64,000 nt of DNA from Opitutales bacterium (GCA_965226885.1 CBDDEL010000011.1:32001-96000); one strand, 5' to 3'; positions 46,258 through 57,462 are shown, numbered from the stretch's first letter. The notes: a model not told the origin generated them from the sequence alone. Made by a program: numbers and translations.

Positions 46258-47502
46258 ATGGTGATTCGTTGGAGAGCCCTCGGGCCGGGCCTGCTGATGG
46301 CCGGGATTGCCATCGGAGTGTCCCACCTTGTCCAATCGACGCGGGCGGGAGCCAATTTCGGATTTCAGTTGGCCGGGGTTATCGTGCTCATCAATATCCT
46401 CAAATACCCGTTTTTTGAATACGGGCACCGTTATGCCGCCGTCAAAGGAGAAACGCTCCTGCATGGTTACGGGCGCATGGGAAAGGGTTATTTGCTGGCT
46501 TTTCTCATCATGCAGTTGATCGCCGCCCTGGCCGGAGTGGCGGCTGTCACCGGGATGACGGCGGCGCTGGCCGAGAATGTGCTTTCACTGGGGCTTCATC
46601 ATACCGTCTGGAGCGCCCTTCTGATGTCGGCCTGCATAGCCATTTTGCGTTTGGGCGATTATAAGTGGCTGGACTTGTCGATGAAAGGAATCATGGCCGT
46701 TCTCGCTGCGGCAACCCTAAGCGCTTGCCTGATGGCTGTATTGCGGGGGCCTGTGGCGCCGCCGGGATTTATCAACCCGACACCGTGGAATTGGGTCCAT
46801 CTGGGATTTCTCCTAGCGCTGATGGGTTGGATGCCCGCCCCGATTGAGATTTCCGTTTACCAATCCCTCTGGATCAACGCCCGTGACAAAGCCGCCGGAC
46901 GGTCCACAACCATCAGCGAGGCCCGGTTCGATTTTAACACCGGTTATGCCATCAGCCTGGTTATGGCCCTGGTATTTTTGACTTTGGGCGCTTTGGTCAT
47001 GAATGGCTCTGGCCAGCGATTTGCCGAAAACGGTGTAGCCTTTGCCGCCCAATTGATCGGCATTTATAAAAAGAGCCTGGGAGGATGGGCCGGGCCGTTG
47101 ATCGCCCTGGCCGCTTTCGCCACCATGTTCTCCACCACTTTGGCGGTCATCGATGCCAATCCCCGGGCCCTCAGTATGGGGACCAAGCTGGCCCTTGCGG
47201 GGTGGAAAGTAGAGGAGCGAAAGCTCCGCTGGGGAATTTTGCTGATTGGCTGCTTTATCGTACTGATCATCCTGCATTTTTGGGGCGGCGCGCTGAAAAA
47301 ATTGATCGATGTGGCCATCACCATCGGATTTCTGGCCGGTCCGGTATTCGCCTGGCTCAATTACCGGCTGATTACTTCCAACCATGTTCCAGCTTCGGAT
47401 CAACCCGGTGTATTCATGAGAGGATTGAGCTGGCTGGGAATCGCCTTTTTTATTTTATTCGGTCTCCTCTACCTCACGCACCGCTTCGGCATTCTGGGCT
47501 GA
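46258..47502 (+). CDS. NRAMP-superfamily membrane transporter
   Basis: LGPGLLMAGIAIGVSHLVQSTRAGA, KYPFFEYG, LMGWMPAP, ATMFSTT; about 11 TM helices; start uncertain (frame open from 46195). Confidence 0.82.
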   Translation: MVIRWRALGPGLLMAGIAIGVSHLVQSTRAGANFGFQLAGVIVLINILKYPFFEYGHRYAAVKGETLLHGYGRMGKGYLLAFLIMQLIAALAGVAAVTGMTAALAENVLSLGLHHTVWSALLMSACIAILRLGDYKWLDLSMKGIMAVLAAATLSACLMAVLRGPVAPPGFINPTPWNWVHLGFLLALMGWMPAPIEISVYQSLWINARDKAAGRSTTISEARFDFNTGYAISLVMALVFLTLGALVMNGSGQRFAENGVAFAAQLIGIYKKSLGGWAGPLIALAAFATMFSTTLAVIDANPRALSMGTKLALAGWKVEERKLRWGILLIGCFIVLIILHFWGGALKKLIDVAITIGFLAGPVFAWLNYRLITSNHVPASDQPGVFMRGLSWLGIAFFILFGLLYLTHRFGILG

Positions 47503-47538
47503 ATACTATTCCCATTTGTAGTTAATAAAAAACCGAAC

Positions 47539-48843
47539 TTAGGGCAATTCGATAATGGTCCCGAAGTCCGGGTCGTAAAGCCGTTTGTAGGCCCTCATCG
47601 CGTTTCCGTCGGTCATCCCGGCCAGGTAATCGCAGATGCGCCGCATTTTGCCCACTTTTGATTCTTCCAAATCGATCCAATGGGACACCGGTTGAGGCAA
47701 AATTTTCAGATTTCGGCGTGAATCCTCAATGTAATTGCTAACAAAAGCATCGAACAGCCGCTGCAGAAAAAACCCGCCCCGGAACTCGATTTTCTGGATT
47801 TGCGGCGATTGGAAAATCAAATCGAAGGCAATCGCTTTATAGAGCTCACATTCCTCTCTCACCTCCGCGTCCACCGCCAGTTGGAAACGATAACGGTTTG
47901 TCCTCGAAGACATGAAATTCTCCGTTTCCCGCAAGTGGCAGGCTTTGATGAAATTGCCGATCTTGTTGCTGAAAACCGCCTCGATACTGTTTTTCTGAAT
48001 CAGTTCCGCCAAATGATTGACGCAGGCTGATTGCGATTGGTTGAGCGATCGGCCGATTGGCCAGTCGTTCAATTGTCCGGCGCTGATGAAACCGGCCTTT
48101 ATGCCATCCAGAATGTCGTGCAGGGAATAAGCGGCATCATCCGCCCAATCGACAATCTGGCATTCGATGCTTTTGAAGCCGTTCAGGTTGTCATCCTCCC
48201 GCAGGCCGGCGGGCGGGGTCGATCCGCCAAAAACAAAATCCCGACAGTTTTCCTGATCGTCATAGAGAAAGTGATTTTCCGGATATACGGGTTTTCCCTG
48301 CTCATTTTCTCCCAGGCAATCCCGGTGCAGCTTTTTGTATTTGAGAATACCATCCATGAAGGCGCGGGTAGGGGACATGCCCCTCGGTTTTTCCGGTCTC
48401 TCGTAAATCAGTTCGGTTAAAATGCGCAGGCTTTGGGCGTTTCCTTCGAATCCGCCGAACCGCAGCATCAAATCGTTCAACTTTCGCTCCCCGATATGGC
48501 CGAAAGGGGGGTGCCCAATGTCGTGGGCCAGTCCCAGGGCCTCAGCCAGTTCGGAATCGATGAAAAAATCCTCCCTCAAAATATCGCTCCTTGCTCGCAG
48601 GTATTCGCAAATCGCCCGCCCGATGCGGGCCACCTCGATCGAATGGGTCAGCCGGGTGCGATAAAAATCATACTCACCGGACTGGAAAACCTGGGTCTTC
48701 GATTGCAGGCGTCGAAAAGCTTCCGTAAAGGTCACCCGGTCGCGATCGACCTGAAACGGTGTCCGGATGGGGTCCTCCGGGCGGGAATCGCCAAAGGTTT
48801 CGTAATCGAAAGGTCCGTAAAAATGATTTGCCCTCATACTCAT
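47539..48843 (-). CDS. dgt: dGTP triphosphohydrolase (HD family)
   Basis: FRRLQSKTQV, RTRLTHSIEV, HDIGHPPFGH, FEGNAQ, ADD, DYLAGMTD. Confidence 0.92.
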   Translation of the reverse strand: MSMRANHFYGPFDYETFGDSRPEDPIRTPFQVDRDRVTFTEAFRRLQSKTQVFQSGEYDFYRTRLTHSIEVARIGRAICEYLRARSDILREDFFIDSELAEALGLAHDIGHPPFGHIGERKLNDLMLRFGGFEGNAQSLRILTELIYERPEKPRGMSPTRAFMDGILKYKKLHRDCLGENEQGKPVYPENHFLYDDQENCRDFVFGGSTPPAGLREDDNLNGFKSIECQIVDWADDAAYSLHDILDGIKAGFISAGQLNDWPIGRSLNQSQSACVNHLAELIQKNSIEAVFSNKIGNFIKACHLRETENFMSSRTNRYRFQLAVDAEVREECELYKAIAFDLIFQSPQIQKIEFRGGFFLQRLFDAFVSNYIEDSRRNLKILPQPVSHWIDLEESKVGKMRRICDYLAGMTDGNAMRAYKRLYDPDFGTIIELP

Positions 48844-49070
48844 TGTCTATGTCAGCCTGGGGGATTGATTTGAAGAAATCGAACCTTATTGGGCAAACAA
48901 TTATGGGTTAAGATGAGCTATCAAACGAATTTTATACGAATTCGTGCCATTTCCGCGATGAATACCGTAAAATATAGTTGAGTATTCAGGAACATAAGTG
49001 CTACGGTGGCGCATAATTGCCTCTAAATCCAGAAAAGGAAGAGGCAGACAACAAGCCCGGTAGGTAAAGT

Positions 49071-50564
49071 ATGGCAAGAGATTGGCTGAAGGGAGTTTCC
49101 AGTTACTATGATGTCATTGTCATCGGCAGCGGCTTGGCTGGATTGACCGGGGCCAACTACCTGGCCAAAAACGGGCATTCCGTCCTCCTGCTTGAGCACC
49201 ATTATCAATACGGCGGTTTAGCCACCTGGTTCCGGCGCAAAGGCGGGCACATTTTCGATATCTCGCTGCACGGTTTTCCCATCGGGATGATCAAGTCATG
49301 CCGCAAATACTGGACCAAGGAGATCGCCGATTCCATCGTGCAGCTCAAAAACGTGCGCTTTATCAACCCCCAGTTCAATATCTGGACGCCTTTTGATCGC
49401 ACCCATTTCACCAACCTGCTGATCGACAAATTCAAAGTTGCCAGAAACATTTCTGAAGACTTTTTCGCCCGCTTGAAGACCATGAATTTTTACGACGACG
49501 TCACGCTGACCACACGAGAGTTGTTCGAGGAATTCTTTCCCGGCCGGGCGGATGTGCATCGGCTGCTGATGGAACCGATCGCCTACGCCAACGGCTCCAC
49601 CCTGGACGATCCGGCCATCACTTTCGGCATCGTTTTCGGAAATTTTATGAACAAGGGCGTTTACACCTTTCGCGGCGGCACCGATGTGCTGATCAAGAAA
49701 ATGGTCGCCGAATTGAAGAAAAACGGAGTCGATCTGCGTAAAAAAGCCCTCGTTGATAAAGTGCTTATCGAAGAAATAGACGGACGGCGCTGTATAACAG
49801 GTGTGCGGGCCAATGGCCGCCTCATTCGCAGCAACGCCGTCCTCTCCAACGCCAATATCAAAAGCACCGTCCTCAAACTGGTGGGCCGCAAGAATTTCGA
49901 TCCCGCATTTGTCGATGAAACGGAGAAAGTGCGCATCAATTCCAGCTCTTGCCAGGTTTACATGGGCCTCAAGGAAGGAGCGCAAATTCCCAATATCGGA
50001 GACCTCGTGTTTACCTCCGACAGCGAGGAATTTTCCATGCACGAACTGACCGACATCCACACCACCAGCCGCACCTTTTCCATTTACTACCCCAACACCC
50101 GCCCCCACTTGAAAAACCCCAGAATCGCCATTGTCGCCTCCCTCAACGGAAAATGGGACGATTGGTCCAACCTCCCGGAGGATCAATACAACAAGGAAAA
50201 GGAGAGGTTGTGTGAAGAATCCCTCTCCTCCCTGGAAAGGCTCATCCCGGACATACGCGAAAAAATCGATCATATTGAGGCGGCCACCCCGCGCACCATC
50301 CAACACTATACCCGCCATGTGGGCGGCGCATCCTTCGGCACCAAATATGAAGGCCTTAAAGTTTCCATGAACCTCTCCCAGCAGATCAGGGGCCTGTTCC
50401 ATGCCGGTTCGGTCGGGATCATAATGTCCGGCTGGCTGGGAACCATCAATTACGGCGTCATCACCGCCAACAAGATCGACAAACTGCTCTACGACCTGGA
50501 AAAAAGCTTTCAGGGGAAGAAGGATGGAGCCAAGTCCAAGAAGGCGAAACACGTCTTCGCTTGA
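49071..50564 (+). CDS. Phytoene-desaturase-like NAD(P)/FAD-dependent oxidoreductase
   Basis: [32 protein letters not shown]. Confidence 0.82.
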   Translation: MARDWLKGVSSYYDVIVIGSGLAGLTGANYLAKNGHSVLLLEHHYQYGGLATWFRRKGGHIFDISLHGFPIGMIKSCRKYWTKEIADSIVQLKNVRFINPQFNIWTPFDRTHFTNLLIDKFKVARNISEDFFARLKTMNFYDDVTLTTRELFEEFFPGRADVHRLLMEPIAYANGSTLDDPAITFGIVFGNFMNKGVYTFRGGTDVLIKKMVAELKKNGVDLRKKALVDKVLIEEIDGRRCITGVRANGRLIRSNAVLSNANIKSTVLKLVGRKNFDPAFVDETEKVRINSSSCQVYMGLKEGAQIPNIGDLVFTSDSEEFSMHELTDIHTTSRTFSIYYPNTRPHLKNPRIAIVASLNGKWDDWSNLPEDQYNKEKERLCEESLSSLERLIPDIREKIDHIEAATPRTIQHYTRHVGGASFGTKYEGLKVSMNLSQQIRGLFHAGSVGIIMSGWLGTINYGVITANKIDKLLYDLEKSFQGKKDGAKSKKAKHVFA

Positions 50565-50618
50565 AAAATCCGGCTTCGCCCCGCCGGCAGTGAACCTTGG
50601 CCGGAGATTTAATCTCCC

Positions 50619-51059
50619 ATGAACGAAGTTTACCGAACCATTCCCCATCGGCCCCCCTTCCTTTTCGTCGATGAAATTATTGAAGTGACGGCGGAATCCG
50701 CCGTCACCAAACGCACGGTGCGGGCCGATGAGCCCCATTTCGCCGGCCACTATCCCGGAAACCCGATAATGCCCGGCGTGCTTCTTTGTGAGGCGGTCTT
50801 CCAGACCGGGGCCATTTACCTCGTAAAAAAACTGACCGCCGGCGGCGAGACGCCCGAAGACCTTACCCCCGTCCTTTCCCGCATCAAGGAAGCCAAATTC
50901 AAAAACATGGTCAAACCCGGTGAAATCCTCACCATCGAAGCGCGGTTTAAAGAGTCCCACGGAAAATTCCACTTCCTGCATGGAACCGTAAAAAGAAGCG
51001 ACGGCAAACTGGCCCTCGCCATCGACTTCGCCCTCGCCCTCATCAAAGAACAAGAGTGA
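50619..51059 (+). CDS. fabZ: FabZ-like 3-hydroxyacyl-ACP dehydratase
   Basis: IPHRPPFLFVD, FAGHYPGNPIMPGVLLCEA, FKNMVKPG. Confidence 0.85.
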   Translation: MNEVYRTIPHRPPFLFVDEIIEVTAESAVTKRTVRADEPHFAGHYPGNPIMPGVLLCEAVFQTGAIYLVKKLTAGGETPEDLTPVLSRIKEAKFKNMVKPGEILTIEARFKESHGKFHFLHGTVKRSDGKLALAIDFALALIKEQE

Positions 51060-51141
51060 GCGGCAGGCCAGCGCCATTGGTTCTCTTTGACAGGTTTGCA
51101 TAAACTTTCGCTCAAGTCGGATTTTTATTGGCGGAAACAGA

Positions 51142-51549
51142 TCACTTTTTGCTTTTGGAATTTTTAAGCTCCAGAAAATCCCATTTGTTTCCGTAGAGAT
51201 CCTCAAAAACAACGACAGCGCCGTAGGCTTCTTCCCTCGGCTCCTCCAGAAATACGACACCCCGTGATTTCATGTACTCATAACTGCGCCGGAAATCCTC
51301 CGTCTGGAGAAATAGAAATACCCGTTCGCCCGCTTGAGTGCCGATGCGTTTCTCTTGCTCCGAAGATGCAGCCTTGGCCAGGAGCAAACCGCTTCCCTCG
51401 CCATCGGGTGGAGCCACCACCACCCAGCGTTTGCCGTCGCCCATCGCAGTGTCCTCCAAAACCTCAAATCGAAGCTTTTCCGTATAAAACGCAATCGCTT
51501 CGTCATAGTCGCGGACCAGGAGCGTTATCCAGCCGATCTTTTGTTTCAT
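51142..51549 (-). CDS. VOC/glyoxalase family protein
   Basis: LLVRDYDEAIAFY, KRWVVV, FEDLYGNKWD. Confidence 0.88.
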   Translation of the reverse strand: MKQKIGWITLLVRDYDEAIAFYTEKLRFEVLEDTAMGDGKRWVVVAPPDGEGSGLLLAKAASSEQEKRIGTQAGERVFLFLQTEDFRRSYEYMKSRGVVFLEEPREEAYGAVVVFEDLYGNKWDFLELKNSKSKK

Positions 51550-51574
51550 CGTAAGGGCGAAATCAGTTGGTCGG

Positions 51575-52164
51575 CTAATCGGCGCAACAGGATTTCAAAA
51601 TTTCAGGATTCAGTTTGGCAATCTCGCTCCCGATTTGATCCATCGTGTAACGAGGGGTGATATGCTGTGGGCAATTCCAATCGTAAGCCCGGATTCTAAA
51701 CAAAATCACACGTTCGATGCGGGCCTTATAATTAGAGGGTGTTAACTCATTGGCCAGGTCCGCCTTCTCGGAGGCATCGTAAACCTCGGCTTCGGCCCAA
51801 ATTTTCAGACGCTGCTGGGAAGGATAGTCCATCAAAAAGAGGGAAGCCCTCTTCGTATCCAGGATGTTCCCGGAGCTGATATATTGCCGGTTGCCGCGGA
51901 AATCGGCGAACCCGATACAAGTGTCATCAAGGACCTTCAAAAAACCGGCCGGCCCACCCCGGAATTGCACATAAGGCCAGCCGTTTTCCCCCACCGTGGC
52001 CATATAGAAACTATCCCGCGACTCAATAAACGGTTTCTCACGGTCCGTTAAAACGAATCGATCACCGGACTCCTCCATTCTCGCATAAGACTTTCTCGAA
52101 CCAAGCTTTCCTGGAGTTTTTTAACAGAGTCCGTAAAGGAAAGTTTTGTAAAATTATCATTCAT
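51575..52164 (-). pseudogene. Pyridoxamine-5'-phosphate-oxidase-family FMN-binding protein with a 5' frameshift
   Basis: MNDNFTKLSFTDSVKKLQE / LGSRKSYARMEE out of frame near 52108; WPYVQFRGGPAGF, FADFRGNRQY, WNCPQHITPR. Confidence 0.78.
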
Positions 52165-52602
52165 TATTCTAAGGGTTAGGGTTCAGGAGATAATAGTTAG
52201 CCAAATTCAACCGAAAGTTTCATTCATTAATCCACAAAGTGCGCAGAAAACACAGATAAAAACCGAACGGCCCATACTCGCAATTAGCATCAACAGCGCC
52301 GCTGGCCGTGGCAAAACCACTCCCATAGCGGTCAGATATTCTTTCCATCATTATAACATCGATTCTAAGGCCAATATACGGCTTCATACGGCTTCACTGA
52401 GGTTTTTTGCCACATAAGCCGCCACTATACAGCAAAACGCAAAAAACGTCAATGAATAGGTTGGCTCCGCTTGATGCGTTTGAATAAACATCGATTTTCG
52501 GGGTATTTTTCGCCAAAAAAACCCAATTTCACCCAAAAAACACCCTCCCAACACAGACAAATCCGCCAATCACCGAAAAATCTCCCAATCTTCCACACCT
52601 AA

Positions 52603-52762
52603 CACCTGTACCCAGTGAAGCGACATCGTTCAACCTGACACCCGGCACCTGTACCGAGCGAAGCGACATCCCTCAACCTCCATTCCCCATCCGCCATCCC
52701 GAATCCTCCTTCCAAAACGCTCTGAAAGAGCCATATTCCCCAGCCAGGGGTGAAACCCCTGG
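52603..52762. repeat. REP-like intergenic repeats and hairpins
   Basis: 34-bp imperfect direct repeat (52603-52636, 52646-52679); hairpins GCTCTGAAAGAGC and CCAGGGGTGAAACCCCTGG. Confidence 0.6.
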
Positions 52763-52942
52763 ATACCCTTGCTTCCGTCCAGCCATCTTTGACAATCTTA
52801 TCCAACCACCCCGAGAAGCTGGCTTAGGGTTCGTCTTCAATTGGCTTCTCGCTTCTCCCTTGCTACTATGTGCCCTATGTGACGTGTACTGGATTTGTTG
52901 GACACGGGATTCTCTTATATTCATTGTTTATTGATTAGTGTG

Positions 52943-53860
52943 TCAGGCGGCTTGTTTTGGTAAAGGGTTTTGTTTTCTCGTTGCCCCCCATGGGGGGCAA
53001 ATATTTTCCTCGAATTGGACTGGGCTTTGGTAACTCAGAGAGGAATGTTTGCGATATCGGTTGTAGAAGATTTCCACGTATTCGAAGACAGTTGATCGCA
53101 GTTCGCGCTCGTCGGCAAAGTGGCGGCCTCGAATCGTGCTGGTCTTGAAGCGGCCGTAGAACGATTCCATGGCCGCGTTGTCGTAGCAGTTGCCTTGGGC
53201 GCTCATGCTCGGCTTCATGCCTAGTTCAGAGACCAGCCTCTGATAGTCGTCGCTGGCGTAGGGGCTGCCCCGATCGCTGTGATGAATAATCCCGGTGCGC
53301 AGTGTGCCGCGGGTCATGGCCGCGGCTTTGAGGGCCTTGCCAACCAGCTTCGCGTCGTTGTGGTTGGAAACGCTCCAGCCCAGCAGGCGTCGGCTGAACA
53401 GGTCCATCACCGTGGCCAAGTACATCCAACCGGCCAGGGTCCGTAGGTAGGTCGTGTCCGCCACCCAGACCTCGTCGATATGGGTCGGCTGGCCATGCTT
53501 TTTAAGCACATTGGGGCTGTAACCATAGGGATGGTTACTGTTGGTTTTTAATGGCTTAAAGCGTTTACTCTGGGTGCTTTTGATTCCCATTTCACGCATC
53601 AGACGCAGAGCCCGGTCACGGCCGCAATCGATGCCCTCATCATCCTTCAGATGGCGGTGCATTGGCCGATGCCCATAGCGGCCCTTGGCCTCTTTGTGTA
53701 CCTTCAGGATCGCCCCCTTGATTCCCTCGTCCTCGATCCGCCGGGCCGAGGGCGCTCGGTGCCTCCAGCAGTAATAGCCACTGCGACAAATCCCCATCGC
53801 CGAGCATATTTCCTCGATCTTGAAGCGCCCCTCGTTGTCTTTGACAAACTGGTACTTCAT
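52943..53860 (-). CDS. IS3-family transposase OrfB (element B)
   Basis: WVADTTY, DLFSRRLLGW, HHSDRGSPY, GNCYDNAAMESF. Confidence 0.88.
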   Translation of the reverse strand: MKYQFVKDNEGRFKIEEICSAMGICRSGYYCWRHRAPSARRIEDEGIKGAILKVHKEAKGRYGHRPMHRHLKDDEGIDCGRDRALRLMREMGIKSTQSKRFKPLKTNSNHPYGYSPNVLKKHGQPTHIDEVWVADTTYLRTLAGWMYLATVMDLFSRRLLGWSVSNHNDAKLVGKALKAAAMTRGTLRTGIIHHSDRGSPYASDDYQRLVSELGMKPSMSAQGNCYDNAAMESFYGRFKTSTIRGRHFADERELRSTVFEYVEIFYNRYRKHSSLSYQSPVQFEENICPPWGATRKQNPLPKQAA

Positions 53861-53949
53861 TGTTCGTCCTTGGCAAAGTAGCCCACCGTTTTTTTTAGTA
53901 TCTGGTTGATCCGCTCCGAGCGGCGCAGCTAGCTCTTTGCGAAGACGAT

Positions 53950-55234
53950 TGATGTGACCGCCGAAAACACTACCATTGCCAGTGAGAGTCTTTCTGGAGA
54001 AATTACCGGAAAGACCTATGAAGCAAAAAAGATACACCCCTGAACAAATCATAACGATACTGCGCGAAGTAGACGCAGGCAAAGGCATTCAGGATGTCTG
54101 TCGGTCCCACAATATCAGTCCTCAAAGCTACCATCGTTGGCGTAAAAAGTATGGCCGCATGGAGCTGCGTGACGCCAAGCGGCTGAAGGAGCTGGAGCGC
54201 GAGAACACACAGCTTAAGAAGATAGTAGCCGAGCAGATGCTGGAGAACCGTGTGCTCAAGGAGGTGAACGCAAAAAAATGGTAGGCCCGAAGCAGAAAAA
54301 GGAAGCGGTGAAGCATGTATTGGCCCAAGGGTCGTGCTCGCTGCGTCGGGCCTGTCAGCATTTTGGGTTGCACCGCTCAACCTACCTGTATGAACCCAAG
54401 AAAGCTACTGAGTATAGGCATAAACTGGTGGCACGCATCATTGCCTTTTCGAAGAAGCATCCGCGCTATGGCTATCGTCGGATCCGCGCTTTGTTGACCC
54501 ATGAAGGTTGGCCCGTGAGTCGCAAATTCGTCCAAAAAGTGCGTCGTTTCGAAGGACTGGGTGTGCGCCCGTCTGGCAAGCGCCGTCGCCGGCAGGGCCA
54601 ATCCACGGCTACCCCGACCCGAGCAGTGCAGCCCAACCATGTGTGGAGTTGGGACTTCGTGGCGGATCGCACCGACCGGGGCGGTCCGCTCAGGCTCTTG
54701 ACACTGATCGATGAACATACCCGTCAATGCCTGGCCATTAAGGTTGCGCGCTCACTGAAAAGTGCCGATGTGGTAGAGGTATTGAACGATGCCATAAGAG
54801 AGAACGGCAAACCTCAGTGCATCCGCTCGGACAACGGATCGGAGTTTATAGCCCACCAAGTCAAAGAAGAACTGCAGCGACAGGAAATTGCCATCGCATA
54901 CATTGATCCAGGAAGCCCTTGGCAGAATGGACATATAGAATCCTTTCATAATCGTTTGCGCGATGAATGCCTTAATCAGGAACTGTTCCTGAGCGTGACC
55001 GAAGCGCGTGTGGTGGTCGAACAATGGCGACACAAATACAACGCGAAACACCCCCACAGCCGATTAGGCTTTCTCTCCCCAAATACATTTGCCAGACTCT
55101 GGCGAACAATCAACAAAGCAGCGGCTGGCTCCATTCGGCCTACGGCCTCATTGCGCCACCCGCTGCAAAACCTACAATACCAAACCTACGGAAATACTCT
55201 CACTTAAAGTGGTAGCAAAGATGGGGTCCGATCA
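53950..55234 (+). mobile_element. IS3-family (IS407-like) element A, complete
   Basis: TG..CA ends; 4-bp TSD CGAT. Confidence 0.93.
54018..55207 (+). CDS. IS3-family transposase OrfA/OrfB (-1 frameshift at A7 near 54272)
   Basis: MKQKRYTPEQIITILRE..; GCAAAAAAATGGTAG slippery site; rve DDE motifs. Confidence 0.9.
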
Positions 55235-55606
55235 CGATCTATCTCGGCCGCCATCTCCTTCGGACTGCTCTGTCGCTTTGAGGTGGCTTCGCCCTGCTGA
55301 TCGTCCAGATAGAGCCTCTTCCACCTATACAATTGGTTGGTGTTGACCCCAAGTTTGGTCGATACCTCGGTGGCGCTCAGACCATCGAGTATCATCAGTT
55401 GAACTGCCTCATTTTTGAACTCTATACTAAAGCGTCTTCTTCCCATGCTTCGATTCTCCATTTAGGAGAATCTCGTGTCCACTTTTTCCAGTGCACATCA
55501 TTACCTATGGATGCGGGATCGGTTTCACGGGCGTAACGGGGATGTATTCTATCTGATACTGTCCCAAAATTTCAGGAGAAAAAATGGCAATCAACCAAAC
55601 TATCTA

Positions 55607-57462
55607 GAGGCTGTCCCAAAAGGGTGATTTTTGCGAGGGCTTTTGATAGGCGCTCATTTTAGAGGTATTTGCATTTGGGAGAGTATCAACTTTGCTCTCC
55701 TATGACGTTAGGATACTGGTTTTGGGGTCCGGTTGCCTGGTTTTCTTTGTATGAGCCGACAGTAAGGCTGTGAAAAAGTATTGTCCTTGCTTTTCCGCTC
55801 TCTAGGCCGCCGCTTTGGTTTTTAGTTCGTCTTGCTGGGCCAGCATCTTGGCTACTTTCCATAGGTTGTGCGAGAGTACCGACCAGGCTACGCTGATCGA
55901 GCGGTTGGCAAAGCCTTTGCTGCGCAACCGCCCGGCCTGCCAGCGATTCTTCAATACCCCGATCCGCCCTTCGGTGCTGGCCCGGCGCTTTTGCAATTGT
56001 CTGAACAGTGGTTCCTCCATCCGTTTTTTCAACTGCTTCGGATCGCGTGGACAGAGCGCGTCGTAGATTCCCTCCTGGGCTAACTGCCGGCGGGCCCGCT
56101 GGGAGGCAAATCCCCGGTCCGCGCACATGGCCGCTATGGGTTCTTCCAGGTTGAAGCGGTTCTGTCTTTGCAAACTCTCTTGCATTTGTTCATTTTCGCT
56201 TGGAGTTCGGCTGCCGTAGAGTTTCCAGTCCAGCAGGTACCCTTCAACGCTTTCTCCCAAAAACAGGGTGTTGCCGAACTCGACCTCTTGGCCCGCTTTA
56301 CCTCGCACAATCACCTGCACATCGAGTTCGTAAACACTCAAGACTTTCTCTGCGTTTTTCACCTGGCGGCCGCCAATGATCCGCTCGTGCGCCTGTTTGA
56401 TGACCACCGGGATTTGCTCGCTCATGCGCTCCATCCGGGCGAGGATCTGTTGGACCTGTTTTTCGCTGTAATCGCTTTGCTCCCAGCAGGCTTGCAATAA
56501 TTCCCGGTGACTGCGGGCATGCTCCCCGATCCGTTTGAGCAGCTTTTTCATCTGCCTCAAGATACCCTTGCGCTGCCGCGCGCTGTCCTTTCGCCGCCGG
56601 CTGTGGGTCATCTGTATGCACAGCCGATTCATCTGCCGAGCCAAGGGCTCCGGTTCGATCGGCATGCGATGGCGCAAACCGGCCTTCTCGCGGATCAGCC
56701 GGATCGCTTTGAGCAACGTGCCGGCTACATCCTTGAGTAATACCCAGTCCGTCGGCCAATGAATGTTAGCCTCCAAACAGGTGCCGTCGATCAGGCAAAT
56801 GGTGGGGTCAATCGGCTTGTCCAATCCCACCTGCCGGGCCAGAAGGGCATCGGCCACCACCTCAGTCAAGGTCCGGTGCAAGGCCCTCAACTGCTCTTCG
56901 CTGAAAAACTTCGAGGCCCGCTCCAGGGTGCTTTTGGAGATGCCCCTGATGCCATCGATCTGCCGGACACGGCAAAAGTCGGCCAACAGATCGCTGCTGC
57001 CCAGAGCCCGCGACAAATGCCGAAACGAAATCCCTCCGAGCAGACGGCCCAGCGTATCCATGCGCAGTGCCTTGATGGCAAAACTGGCCCGCTGCCGCCG
57101 GGCCTTTAGACCCATTGGCGGCCACCCCTCCAAGGCCAGCTCAATGGCCTGCGATTCCACCTCCGAGTCGATCAGCAGCCGATCGATTCGATCAATGGTG
57201 GCGCGGAAGTTATCGTAATCGAGGCACCGGTCGACCACAGTTAAAGCTGGACGCAGGAGGCATTGGATGGCTATATTTTTCATAGAAAGGGCGATGGCTA
57301 TATTTTTCATAGAAAGGGCTATAGAAAGGGCTATATTGATTTTCGCTAACTCAATTATAGAACCCTTTTTTGGCCGGATCGAGCAAAAACTTGCTCTTTC
57401 CGGCTCTTTTTATCAACGTCATCCAGTTGACTATAAAATCTTTATATTTTTGGGACAGCCTC
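55607..57462 (-). mobile_element. IS5/ISNCY-like element, copy 3
   Basis: Same IRs; TSD TATCTA; 27-bp and 12-bp duplications at the transposase start. Confidence 0.9.
55802..57283 (-). CDS. IS5/ISNCY-like DDE transposase
   Basis: Near-identical to other copies; duplicated start region gives an alternative ATG at 57310. Confidence 0.88.
   Translation of the reverse strand: MKNIAIQCLLRPALTVVDRCLDYDNFRATIDRIDRLLIDSEVESQAIELALEGWPPMGLKARRQRASFAIKALRMDTLGRLLGGISFRHLSRALGSSDLLADFCRVRQIDGIRGISKSTLERASKFFSEEQLRALHRTLTEVVADALLARQVGLDKPIDPTICLIDGTCLEANIHWPTDWVLLKDVAGTLLKAIRLIREKAGLRHRMPIEPEPLARQMNRLCIQMTHSRRRKDSARQRKGILRQMKKLLKRIGEHARSHRELLQACWEQSDYSEKQVQQILARMERMSEQIPVVIKQAHERIIGGRQVKNAEKVLSVYELDVQVIVRGKAGQEVEFGNTLFLGESVEGYLLDWKLYGSRTPSENEQMQESLQRQNRFNLEEPIAAMCADRGFASQRARRQLAQEGIYDALCPRDPKQLKKRMEEPLFRQLQKRRASTEGRIGVLKNRWQAGRLRSKGFANRSISVAWSVLSHNLWKVAKMLAQQDELKTKAAA

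Larger units (their letters stand above)
52880..55500 (-). mobile_element. IS3-family element B, interrupted by IS3 element A
   Basis: Imperfect IR TGAyGTGyACTGGA..TGGACACGrGATTCTC; orfA starts 55446, orfB 53860-52943. Confidence 0.9.

Noticed and set aside
49296..51260. 654-aa minus-strand ORF
   Set aside because: Antisense shadow of the oxidoreductase and fabZ; no motifs
55559..55570. CTGTCCCAAAAT resembling the IS5-like IR just upstream of copy 3
   Set aside because: Only 12 nt with no adjoining element sequence; may be chance
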